DNA of 63,773 nt, the filler included, from Aduncisulcus paluster (lineage: Eukaryota): the NCBI GenBank assembly GCA_024181965.1. It is 5 parts of 5 records of this genome, joined end to end, with 100 filler letters (N's around TTAATTAATTAA, not from the genome) between each part and the next. Parts side by side here need not be neighbours in the genome. Positions count along the whole stretch, not along the records: positions 1 to 22,966 come from BQXS01012468.1; 4 more parts are not named here. One strand, written 5' to 3'. Positions 1-10,513 of the stretch are shown here, one piece after another (position 1 is the first letter of the stretch; each line of letters opens with the position of its first letter). The translations under genes were made by a program, and so were the position numbers. The notes under the pieces are model-generated. The model saw only the letters and a program-made list of their open reading frames with translations, did not search any database and had not been told where the DNA came from.

Positions 1-274
1 ATATCTGGGCTAGTTAAACTCTATTTTCAATGACATTTGTCAAACCCACAGTAAAATATACCTCAGATAACTTCCTGATGAAAGGATCAAAGAACAAGAG
101 GATGAGAATGTGAGCCAGAATAATATCACATATCATTAAAACCACCATAAAACTCAATACAGACATACATATCATGGACATTTCAAGATAAGTTCTTAGA
201 ACATAAAGATCGAACAAGAGAGAGAGAGACAAACCAATAATTAAGGAAATATAATCCCTGTTGTTGACTTAGAC

Positions 275-1738
275 TTAAGGAATCTCTTCCAATGAGTACC
301 TTGCGTATGGGAAAAGGAAAGGTTCCATGTCGATTGTCTCTTTCTTGAGTTCTTCTTTGATGGTTGGCATGGCATCTTGTACGATCTTAATGAGCTCACG
401 AACACTGCTACATACAATGTCAAAGCCTTCATCTCCCCAATATTGTGTCATATTGGCGTATAGACATCTTCCTCCGCACAAATCCTTGATGGGACAGGTC
501 TTACATTGTTTTTGGGGTGCAAGACGTCCAGGGAGATCCTCAGGCTTGTTCTTCAAGATATGGCCAAGATGGTTCCAATCATACCCATTGCTACACGGAC
601 AACCAATGATATCTCCGTTTGTGGCAATTGAAAAGGCATTGTGACCAACACCACACCTCAACTTCTCTTTAGTGTCAGTGAGAATCGAACGAGCAACAGA
701 GACAAAGGGGATAATGTTAAATACAGTGGGAGGATGGAATGTAGTTTCAGAGGAAGAGGAGGAAGAAGAGGAGGAAGAAGAGGAGGAAGTAATAGGAGCC
801 TTTTCGTCACATTCTTTCTTCTCACCTTCTTCTCTGGTTTCCTCTTCCTTCTCTTTCTCTTCATGTTCTCCTTCTTTCACAACGTCCTCTTCCTTAGTCT
901 CAACTGTGGATATACTTCCAACCTTCTTCTTCTCTTCTTCCTCCATAGCCTCAACTTTCTTAACTCCATCATACACCTCAAGTTCTCCCTTCATTCCTCT
1001 CACCCACTCGTCTCCAAGCCTTCTCAGACCAGGGAGATAGCTGTCACGGAGCCATCCAGGGAAGTCAGGCCATCTAGCATTCATGGGAGCATCGAACTGA
1101 CAATCAATCTGCCAATACACGGAATGAAACTTGAAATCAGACGAGTGTAGAAGATAGATAACATCCTTGTAAATGTCAGTGGACAGAGAACATGCCATTC
1201 TGGCTACAATTGGACCCTTAAAACCACGAACAACGGCATCTTTAAGGTTGGCCATAATCTTATCATAAAGTCCATCCCTCTGACGATAATCTTCATATAT
1301 CTCTTTTCTACCATCAATAGAGGCAAGAATACAATCGAATTTAAGTAGATACTCGGTAGGAAGACGGTATAAAAGAGTACAATTGGATTGAAGGACAAAA
1401 TGAGCCTTTCCTTCCAATTTCTTCATCAAACCAGTAACAAAAGGAATATTAATCAAGGGCTCACCACCATAAAACACAATAACAGGATCAGAATCGGTTT
1501 CAAGGAACTTAGCCAATTCTTCGATCGTGTAAGTTGGCTTTTCGGGCATCATCAGATCTAATTCAAAAAAGAAAGATATAATATGTAAATAACAGTTTTA
1601 ATTAGTCCTTCATAAATCTCATATCATATTATTAACGGAGATTTGTGGAGCAATCAAGGAACACATACCTTCTGGTGTACCACCACAATATTTACATGTT
1701 AGATTGCATGCAGCAGAAGCAAAAACAAAATATATCAT
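275..1738 (-). CDS. Radical SAM/SPASM enzyme, AF0577/TIGR04084-like; two exons (1738-1669, 1557-275)
   Basis: Exon 1 reads MIYFVFASAACNLTCKYCGGTPE (CxxxCxxC) and splices in frame to the 425-aa ORF. Motifs: FYGGEPL, ASIDG, ARM, CGVG...GDIIGCP, CKTCPIKDLCGGRC (SPASM), C-terminal EEIP. Confidence 0.9.
1558..1668 (-). other. Spliceosomal intron, 111 nt
   Basis: GTATGT donor at 1668, ACTAAT branch-like motif at 1606-1601, pyrimidine run and TAG acceptor at 1558. Removal gives in-frame G|AT CTG ATG. Confidence 0.9.
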
Positions 1739-1872
1739 CGACTAATATGCGGCAAAACATACGAGTTGGATTTCAACGAAATCACATTTTAAAAAAGGCA
1801 ATTTAACAAAAAATAGCTTTAAAAACTTTAAGTAAATCATACAGTAAGTTAATTTATTGGCTTCAAGGAATC

Positions 1873-3540
1873 ATGAAAATTGTATTTCATCTTCATCCAT
1901 TTCGAGGCCAACACAGATGGTGTTTTCCTGTACTAATGACATCCCATCAATATGTCTTAGTTGAAGATAGCCAACATCTATTAATACACTTGTCAACCAC
2001 AATACAAAACTTTTTTGCCTCATCTAGGAATGGGAGAGTAATTTGGTTGAGTAATCATCTTGATATTCAACAGATTAAAACATTTTTTGACGCACAATCC
2101 GGTAAATTTGATGCTAACTATGGATCTGGAAGATTATTTATCCAACAACGTCATTCCTTTTGTCTAAAATACCATATCCGACAGATGGAAGGAATTATTC
2201 AAGAATTAAATAAGATTATTTTATCATACTCGAAACAAAAAAGTAAGAGACGTGGAATTGGTACCGTTGAATCTCCATCTAATAGGATTTGTATAATATT
2301 TGATTTTGCCGCCTTTTCGCTGGCAGATGATCCAATTTTTGTATCTCTAGAAGATGCAGTCAAATTTTCTTTTCTATTAAAACAAAAACTTCTTAAGCTT
2401 TCGTCATATCCAATCCTCACTCAATCAATATTTAATATTGGGCGATTAACAGGATCCGAACTTATTTCATTATTAATTTCCATCCCCAAATTTATTACAA
2501 TTCAAACTACATCCCCTGTTCCTGTTTTATCGCCCTCCCAATCCCGTCGACAATCGATAGTTGCGGATGATCCCAGAGAACGAGCCAAGCATGGACAGTG
2601 GCATGATAAGACTTCAAAATCACCATTTACCAACCCTATTAATTATTCTGTCGATAGTCGTCCTCCCATTGGTTCTCGTCGTCCAGCTTCCGCTAGAAAT
2701 CTTGCCCTTGGCGTTCCTTCAGGAATTTCCGGGGAGAAGCCAGATGATTCGTCTCGTATCCCTATTGGTGCCTCATCCGGTGGCCCTACTACCATTCATC
2801 CGGGTCTGACATCAGCCTCCATCAGAGGGCTGTCCAAGGGGTCCTCAACGTTCCGGCCCACTAACCTCGTTTTCTTTGAGTCGTTTGTCAAATGCATGCA
2901 AGATCTTGAGGTCCGAGATCAGGCCATTGAACGGGTTGCTGCCCTTGAAGATACCACGCAGAGTCTCCGCAAAGAGTGTCAGCATAACAGGCTCAAATTG
3001 ACCAAAAAAGAGGAAGAGTGGAAGAAACAACGCGTTGATATGGTTAATAAGGTTGAGATTACCCTTAACAAGTGGAAAGAAGAGATGACAATGCATAAAC
3101 AGCGTGCTGAAGAGTACCGTCGAAAAGCTGAAGAAGAACGCCGCCATCGCATTGAACTTGAGGATGAAATCCGCCGTCTGCAACGATTAACCAGTAATCC
3201 ATCCAAAATTAGAGACCTCAGAGTCGGCCATGAGATTCATCAGCCCTCTGCGATGACTGGCCCATCTGGACACCATTCTCACTATCTTAACGGAGGTTCT
3301 TCGGATGATGGTACTGCCTCCCTGCGTCAGACCATGATTAGCACGAAATCAACGGGTGATGATATTGTGAGAATGCGGGAAATTGATTCCAGGGAAGAAT
3401 TTATTGAGGAAGAGGAAGATGATGAGGAAGATGATGAGGAAGATGATGAGGAAGAGGATGAAGGAGATCTTCCTGGAGATGGATATGTCGACAGTTCCTA
3501 CAACTCTGAATATACAACAGATTCAAGAGATGGAATGTGA
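1873..3540 (+). CDS. Hypothetical protein: MEDS-like N-terminal domain, S/P-rich linker, coiled coil, acidic tail (start may be 1936)
   Basis: 555-aa ORF with an E/K/R coiled coil and D/E tail. The N-terminal ~190 aa follow the pattern of a MEDS (DcmR sensory) domain by eye; the domain call is tentative. Confidence 0.75.
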   Translation: MKIVFHLHPFRGQHRWCFPVLMTSHQYVLVEDSQHLLIHLSTTIQNFFASSRNGRVIWLSNHLDIQQIKTFFDAQSGKFDANYGSGRLFIQQRHSFCLKYHIRQMEGIIQELNKIILSYSKQKSKRRGIGTVESPSNRICIIFDFAAFSLADDPIFVSLEDAVKFSFLLKQKLLKLSSYPILTQSIFNIGRLTGSELISLLISIPKFITIQTTSPVPVLSPSQSRRQSIVADDPRERAKHGQWHDKTSKSPFTNPINYSVDSRPPIGSRRPASARNLALGVPSGISGEKPDDSSRIPIGASSGGPTTIHPGLTSASIRGLSKGSSTFRPTNLVFFESFVKCMQDLEVRDQAIERVAALEDTTQSLRKECQHNRLKLTKKEEEWKKQRVDMVNKVEITLNKWKEEMTMHKQRAEEYRRKAEEERRHRIELEDEIRRLQRLTSNPSKIRDLRVGHEIHQPSAMTGPSGHHSHYLNGGSSDDGTASLRQTMISTKSTGDDIVRMREIDSREEFIEEEEDDEEDDEEDDEEEDEGDLPGDGYVDSSYNSEYTTDSRDGM

Positions 3541-3913
3541 CATTTTTAATTTATAAATTGGAGATAAATTTTATTTGCCATTTTTTTATATATTATTTTG
3601 CTGTTTGTTTGTTGTTTTTTCTGCAAGAATATCGATAATTTTATTTATCTTTCTTTTTATTTATTTATTTATTTATCTTTTTTGTCTTTCTTTTTATTAT
3701 TAGCTTTACAAATTGGAGTTCTATTCTCTCCAATTTTCTTTCTTGTTCTATGTTTCTTGGCTTATATATACTCTTTCTTTTATTCTATTCCTTATATATC
3801 ATTGCATATCTGGCACAAAAAGGTACTACAATAATGATCATCAACTTCTCAACCTACTATACTCTACTATACTGACTCTGTGATGGTCTGTCTATTATCT
3901 CATTCAATGAGGT

Positions 3914-3960
3914 CAGTACAGTACAGTATAGTACAGTATAGTACAGTATAGTACAGTATA
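3914..3960. repeat. Microsatellite (GTACAGTATA)x4 with extra CAGTA units
   Basis: Tandem array read directly in the intergenic region. Confidence 0.9.
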
Positions 3961-4523
3961 TTGACAGCAAAAATGAACCAATTCAGATTGAGTTTGAGTT
4001 CAAATACATTATTATTAGATCTATTGGTTTTTCCTTATCTTTAATCTATAATTTACTAGTCACCATTGAAGAGGATATATATAATTCAAAAGATTAGGTT
4101 ATACCAATGTCCTTTGAAAGTTAGATATATCTAATATCTAAGCAATGGAGAAGAAACTAAATGTACCTTATCCTTCGCCTATAAAATAACACTCCATTTA
4201 GTGAAGCTTCATAACAGTGCCACTTCCACAACATTTTGTCAAAAGAATAAATAATACAAAACAAAACAAAACAAAAAAACAAGATCTAAAAATAGTTGGT
4301 CACCAAATTGATCAAGACAAGAATCTAGATTCAAGATACAGAAACGAATACCTTCTTCTTTATGATAATCCCAAAAATATCAGTCCACGGAAAGGCCGTT
4401 AAACAACCATGTCCACCAAAAAAAAAAAAAAAAACAATGAGAGGTTTCATCATTACACCATTCAATACGAGATAAAAAAACACGAATAAGTTATTCGGAA
4501 TTACAAATTAATTATCGATACAA

Positions 4524-6435
4524 TTATTCTCCATCGATATATTCTAGAATTTCAATTGCGCCAAGATGTCCCATTGAAGCATCAAAAAATCTAGATAACT
4601 CCCCACCATACTTTCCTATCTGGGTTTTGATAACATTTTGAATTTTATGAGCTAAGTCTTTCCCACCAAAACAAATAAAAACACTAAAATGAAGCTCTTT
4701 AAAAATTGATGGGGAGATACATCCAAATTTCCATCCTTCACCACTTTCCCCTTCAATTTGTCGTTTCACCAGATCACCCTTTGAGTTACATGAATAGAAA
4801 TCGACTTGCTTCACAGGATCCTCACAACCAAGTCCAAAATGAGGAGTACTAATATGGATAAAAACCTCTTGCTCAAGATATTCGGTGATAAATTCAGAAT
4901 TAACAACAGTGTGGTCTATTATTGTTCTTTTCACACTTTTCTTTAAACTCTCCAACTCATCATCAGTATAGCGTTTCTCAAACTCTATAATGTCAGAAAA
5001 GACATGTTTGTAAAGCTTACGTTTCCACAGATTGTTTACAATTTCTTTGGCTTTTTTCATGTGATCATCCATACCCTCACTCTCCGGATACCATCCAATC
5101 CTGTCCAATATACCATCGTTCAAAGTTTGGAACTTTTTCATCTTTTCCATGACGTCATCGTCTGAACCTCGATCATCAGGATCAACAAGACAATCCTGCA
5201 ACGCAAATTCAGGAATTCCTGACTTATCAGCTTCAATCAGAGCATCACGGATCATATATTCAGTAGCAACAGTAACAGGATGGTTCAAAATTTGCCGGAA
5301 TTCAGCATATCTAGCCTCAAAGATGGAATAAAGAGGAGTAACATCCCGATAAGAAAAACAAATCTCAGATTTGAAGAAGTCCTCATCAGAACTTGTCTTA
5401 ACTTTGGTTTGTACTACCCTAGCTGTCTCTAAAATACGGTCAATGGACTTCTTTGGGGAAGATATCCCACAATAAAGACTTCCACGAGAGAGATAATCCA
5501 GCCTATCAACATCTACACCATTCTTCTTGTTACTAACGATATCAAACAAGAACATTGGTATGTTATAAAAGGATTTTATCCCTTGTTCTTGGGGATGATC
5601 ACGATTTTTTATCTGACAATAAAGGGGATTTCCTGAATCATCATATTTGACACCAAATGTTGTTCCAAAAAGAGTGGCGTCAGAAAGACCAACTGTCTTA
5701 GTCTTAGTCTCCTTTCTCTTGAATTTTTCACCAGTTATCATTGCTTTTATCACAATTAGCTCCTGCTTCGACAAAAAAACCACATCAGCTGGCATTTCCT
5801 TTCTTTTAACAGCTTTCTCTTCAAAGACAAGAAGAGGGGAAGTTTTAGTAATTCCATTCTCTTTCAGCAACAAATCAATCATATCTGAAGTTGCTTCTTC
5901 ATGACTCCACTTTGGCATCCCAATCTCTTCTGTAAACCACTCAAACGTATGGCTAAAAGGACCATGGCCTAAATCATGAAGTAATGCAGCAAATTGGACC
6001 AATCTCCGACATTCTTTTCTAATGTGAAGAAGATCCGATCTTATATCCAGAGTCTGGATACCCCCCATTAGATGTACCCTTGGTTGGTCGAAAAGTATTC
6101 AAATTATCACATAACTTACGAGCTAAATGATATGTACCCAAAGAATGTTCAAATCGGGTATGACCAGCACCAGGATAGACCAAGTGAGCACCAGCATTTT
6201 GTCTGAGACTTCTAAGACGCTGAAATTGGGGAGTATCAACAATACGTTTCGCTTCTGGATCTAACTTGAAAAATCCATGAATAGGATCATTGATAGTTGT
6301 TTCTTTTGTCGAATAAATACATTGAGAGGACCCAGAAGAAGGCGGAGAGGATGTCTTATCTTGTAGTGGAGAAGATATTGTTTTAGAAGAAATGGGAATC
6401 TCACGAATTTCTTCTTCAGGATCAGAAGTAGTCAT
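4524..6435 (-). CDS. SAMHD1: SAMHD1-like HD-domain dNTP triphosphohydrolase, split by a +1 frame change near 6061-6066
   Basis: ORF 6435-6019 has INDPIHG...DTPQFQRLR...VYPGAGHTRFEHSLG. ORF 6068-4524 has AALLHDLGHGPFSH, WSHE and IVSNKKNGVDVDRLDY. The two frames overlap at a G6 run. Confidence 0.88.
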
Positions 6436-6856
6436 AATAGATTGTATAATGTCTCAAAAGTGAACTCAGACATAATTCATTATTGTTTGACACCTTTTAC
6501 CAAACAAATGATAAATTACTGCATATTTCGAATCATTAAGAAATATTTGGATTTTATTTTTCATCAAAATATAATACAACGTAGAATGCTAAATGGTCAT
6601 TGCGCGGCGCAATGCGGCATTGACTCCTCACTTTTCACTTTTATTTTTGAAACATTATTTTCATAATATTGAACATGTACGATTCTTATTGCGTTAAATC
6701 TCAACAATAGAAGAAATTCAAAAGGATTCTAACAACTTGTTAGACTAACAGTTTATTATTGAAAAAACTCAGAGTCGAGAGACAGAATTTACTATTTTAA
6801 ATAGAAATAAACCTCCATAATAAGAACTACATATATGATATTTCCCTATAATAATA

Positions 6857-9800
6857 TTAATAATACCTATCATCGTAGGTATAATCAGTGTCCCATTGGT
6901 CTTCCTCTTCGCCGAGCATTTCTTCCTCTTCAGCAGATATCTTTGCTAAAAATTCATGATTATAAATTGTGAAGCGCTCACGAATGACCTTAGAACTGAA
7001 ATCAGGCTCTTCCACCAAAATAATATCGATAATAGCATTAGCCAAGTCAACACAATTCTGTGAGTATAAATATGGCAGCAATTCTTCATCTTCTAGCTTT
7101 CTGACACGGGTAGGAGTGTCGGTGTATGGCAGTTGTAGTGATATAGCACATAAGACAGGAATAGAAGCATCGATTGTGAGGACAGAAACTCTCAGAGTGG
7201 CACTGCTCATCATTCTATAAAGGGCAAAGAGAGCATGTTCCATGATAAGAGGTTCATGAACGCCGGAAAATGAATTCAAAACACTTGCGGCAGATGCTCC
7301 AACACAGACAATGCTCACAAGAGCCATGGGAATCCTTGAAGAAGCAAATAAAGACCCAGTGTTCGGCAAAGTCAAAAGACTACTAACACACATGATTGCG
7401 TTCAGCAATAGGTCAGCATCAGCCTCCTTGGCAACAATGAGTTCACACAGATATAATACAAAGTCTGAACGTTTCAAGGCCTCAACAATCCCACTTCCAT
7501 TGATCATAACCTCCATCTTTGACAGCAGTTTTGATATGCTCTTCCCTACCTTGCTCGAGGAAGAAGAGTGTCGTATCATCTTGTCAGATTTCTTGTCACC
7601 CTTCTCTCTCTCTTTCTCTTTAACACCATCAACCACCCCTTCAGGGAGATGAGGAATAAGTAACACGGGTGTCAGGTCAGCAATGGCTCCGAGAACTTCA
7701 ACAGCAAGCTCCGTACTCTCGGTGCTGACACAGATACCAACGAGCACATGAAGAGTCTTGCAGAAGGAGTTGAGACGACGGAGAGTGGAGTTGGAGACTG
7801 GAATCTTGCTTAAATCTTGGACAGACAGCTCTGGAGGCTTAAGGTAGGCCTGAGCAAGGACTTGAGCTGTCTGAGAGAATGATTCAGTTACTTTGAGAGA
7901 CAACGCAGAGTTCTGAGAGGGATGCGAGTGATGTCCACCTTCAACAAGGGTCTTAACCCTCCATTGGTGCACTCGAGAGCACATTAACTGGCACTGTTCA
8001 CAGAGCTTCCTCACAATCTTGGCTTGGACTACACTTCTCTGTGTAGCAAGGGAGTTAGACAGTGGGACAAGGGCCTCTCTGTCGAGGATTGCATAAGAAA
8101 TGTCACTGACATGGAGTAAGTTGAGGAAAAGAGGTGGAACAGGGAGAGGAATTGATTCCAGAGACACAGATGTGAGGGAAGCTGCAGAGGGATTCCCATC
8201 ACTACCAATCGAAGCGAGGCGAGAGGATTGTGTGGATGTATGCGATTGATCAGAACCAACAGTTTTCTTTCCATCAAGTCCATAGAAACTTAACAGGTAG
8301 CCCACAAGTCCATCGAGACTCCTAAGGCCTGCCCTTCCTTCCCTTTCACAGGATAATTGGTATAAGATCCTTGCGGTGGCATTCTCAAGACGAGATATGG
8401 TGTGAAGAGCATGTTTATCTATCAAAGTTGACACAATATCGAGGCTGACAACATTGTCATAAGCTCCATCACCAACCTTCTCACACAAGGCTCTGTAAAC
8501 CTGCTTAGTGTACCTCTCGCCCTCGTCCTCATTGTCAATGTCCTTAATTGGAATACCATGCATGGAGCAGAGCTGTTCACACTTTCGCACCTTCTCCCTA
8601 TACTGATGGGCCTGGGAGGCATATGAGAAGAGCCTATCAATAAATGAGTGAGTGTGGACAAGGGCACTGCGTGTGACATGAGAGAAACAAGTGTTTGTGA
8701 TAACACCCAAGGTAGGACTCAATAGCTGTGGACTCTGATACTGCTGAGGGACAGGAATAAGCTTCTGTAAGAGCTGGGGAACTTTGTTCTTCTCGATCTC
8801 CTGGGCATTCTCAGAGAAACACGAGAGTTTATGAAGGAACTTGGCACATACGAACACGAGCTGTTGGAGAACACCGGGGTCACTGGCACCACCTTGTAGT
8901 AATACAGCATCCGAGAGCCCGGACTCATTCGTTATTCCTTGAGCCAATCGAGTAGAGACAACATTGGCCGCATAAATGGCTCTCTTCAAAGTGTCACACA
9001 GGACAGTCACGATACCTTTCTTTGCCATCCGTTCCTCAACAGATATATCATGACTAAGAGAGAATAAGAACTCAAAACATGCAATGAGGAGCTGGTCCTG
9101 TTTCTTGGTCATCAGAGCATATTCTTTCCTCTCCTTATTGAGCTTGGAGAGAGTGTTCTGGTGGAGGGCATGGGAAGCAGGGGAAGATGGGGCACTGGTG
9201 AGATTGGAGGATGGAGGAGGAGGTGAAGATGGTGAACTCCCGCCCGTGGAAACGGTAGAAGCTATCTTCTTCTGGATTTTACGAGCATTCGCTTTTGAGA
9301 GAGTCATCTTAAGTTCTCTGATAATTCTTTGCTTTTGTTTCATTCTTTTGAATTCAATAATTGGTATTTTCATCATAACACTTCCGAGTTTGTGCGAAAC
9401 AATTTTATCACGGTATTCTTTCGAACGAGCTATGTACATAAAAATAGAGACTAAATCAACCATCAAAGGTAAGCATTTTGTCCCTTCTTCCCGCAATGTT
9501 CTTGCTAATGCCCCAAGCAACACGCCATGGGAAGCAACAATCGGAATATTATCAGGTTCTTCAACAAGCCGCAAAATACACTGTGCTGCTGCTTGTTTTT
9601 CGTTAATAGATTCATATAAAGCTTCTTGATATGTGTCAAGCATATCTAGAGACGGAGGTAAAGAGGAAAATGCCTCGGCTTTGGTTCTGAAACGAGAAGA
9701 GAGACCCATCAGAACAGATTTTGCGCTAGAAAGTCCTTGTCTAGCACCTTTTAATTTTGCTGAGAGTGTACGTCCAATTTTCTGAATCCTTCTGGCAGAA

Positions 9801-10138
9801 GCTATTCTCCCTGGAGAAAAAGTTTCGTCAGAGTCTAAACCCTCCGATTCACTAACAATTTGAATTAACAAACGTTCAATCTGAGCTTGATTTGACGAAT
9901 TTAATAAACTACAATTTTCTATCATCTCTGCAGCAACAGTTGGAATATCTCGAGAGGAAATATTTGGATCAACACTTATTTTATGTAAACCTTTTTTTGA
10001 TGCTTTTGAATCTACAGGTCGTCCTTTTTGACTGTCTTCATATACGATAAAAGTTACGATAATCACTCTTTCTTCAATATCGACTGATATGCCTTTAGTT
10101 CGAAAAGTTTGCTTCAGTTTTGTTCTTGATGCAGACAT
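6857..10138 (-). CDS. KIFAP3: Kinesin-associated protein 3 (kinesin-2/IFT accessory subunit) with insertions
   Basis: LDTYQEALYE...ILRLVEEPDN...LLGALARTLREE, KKQDQLL, VEERMAKKGIV and C-terminal ERFTIYNHEFL match KAP3 blocks. Confidence 0.88.
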   Translation of the reverse strand: MSASRTKLKQTFRTKGISVDIEERVIIVTFIVYEDSQKGRPVDSKASKKGLHKISVDPNISSRDIPTVAAEMIENCSLLNSSNQAQIERLLIQIVSESEGLDSDETFSPGRIASARRIQKIGRTLSAKLKGARQGLSSAKSVLMGLSSRFRTKAEAFSSLPPSLDMLDTYQEALYESINEKQAAAQCILRLVEEPDNIPIVASHGVLLGALARTLREEGTKCLPLMVDLVSIFMYIARSKEYRDKIVSHKLGSVMMKIPIIEFKRMKQKQRIIRELKMTLSKANARKIQKKIASTVSTGGSSPSSPPPPSSNLTSAPSSPASHALHQNTLSKLNKERKEYALMTKKQDQLLIACFEFLFSLSHDISVEERMAKKGIVTVLCDTLKRAIYAANVVSTRLAQGITNESGLSDAVLLQGGASDPGVLQQLVFVCAKFLHKLSCFSENAQEIEKNKVPQLLQKLIPVPQQYQSPQLLSPTLGVITNTCFSHVTRSALVHTHSFIDRLFSYASQAHQYREKVRKCEQLCSMHGIPIKDIDNEDEGERYTKQVYRALCEKVGDGAYDNVVSLDIVSTLIDKHALHTISRLENATARILYQLSCEREGRAGLRSLDGLVGYLLSFYGLDGKKTVGSDQSHTSTQSSRLASIGSDGNPSAASLTSVSLESIPLPVPPLFLNLLHVSDISYAILDREALVPLSNSLATQRSVVQAKIVRKLCEQCQLMCSRVHQWRVKTLVEGGHHSHPSQNSALSLKVTESFSQTAQVLAQAYLKPPELSVQDLSKIPVSNSTLRRLNSFCKTLHVLVGICVSTESTELAVEVLGAIADLTPVLLIPHLPEGVVDGVKEKEREKGDKKSDKMIRHSSSSSKVGKSISKLLSKMEVMINGSGIVEALKRSDFVLYLCELIVAKEADADLLLNAIMCVSSLLTLPNTGSLFASSRIPMALVSIVCVGASAASVLNSFSGVHEPLIMEHALFALYRMMSSATLRVSVLTIDASIPVLCAISLQLPYTDTPTRVRKLEDEELLPYLYSQNCVDLANAIIDIILVEEPDFSSKVIRERFTIYNHEFLAKISAEEEEMLGEEEDQWDTDYTYDDRYY

Positions 10139-10513
10139 AACTGCAAAAATTAAAAACTAAATATGGTATATAATCGCTATAGTCAGAGAAAAGTGCACTC
10201 GGAAATTGCGTTCGAATGATTCAGGTTGCATGCAACAAATGATTTTCAGTAAAAGTATATATTTTGCCAAGATAACAAAAAATATTTTTATTTTATAATC
10301 CGAATAATGCTATTTATTTATTATTATCTGGCCTGATGGTTGCCGCCGCTAAAATGCTCCAATACATTTTCAGAAAATTTTAAAATTTGTAAATGACTAA
10401 AGCATAATCTATCATGCCGATTGCTTCCATTTGTGTTCCAATTTTCTATCATGATCTCGATTTTTATAAAATTGTTTCTATTTGATGAATTGACAGATTA
10501 AATTAACTCTATA

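Noticed and set aside
14..232. 72-aa hydrophobic ORF as an rSAM substrate peptide; many short antisense ORFs over long genes
   Set aside because: Non-ATG start and AT-rich composition; the antisense ORFs are shadows of real CDSs.
4418..4434. Poly(A)17 here and A22 at 61913-61934 as retro-insertions
   Set aside because: No flanking direct repeats, unlike 16224-16263.
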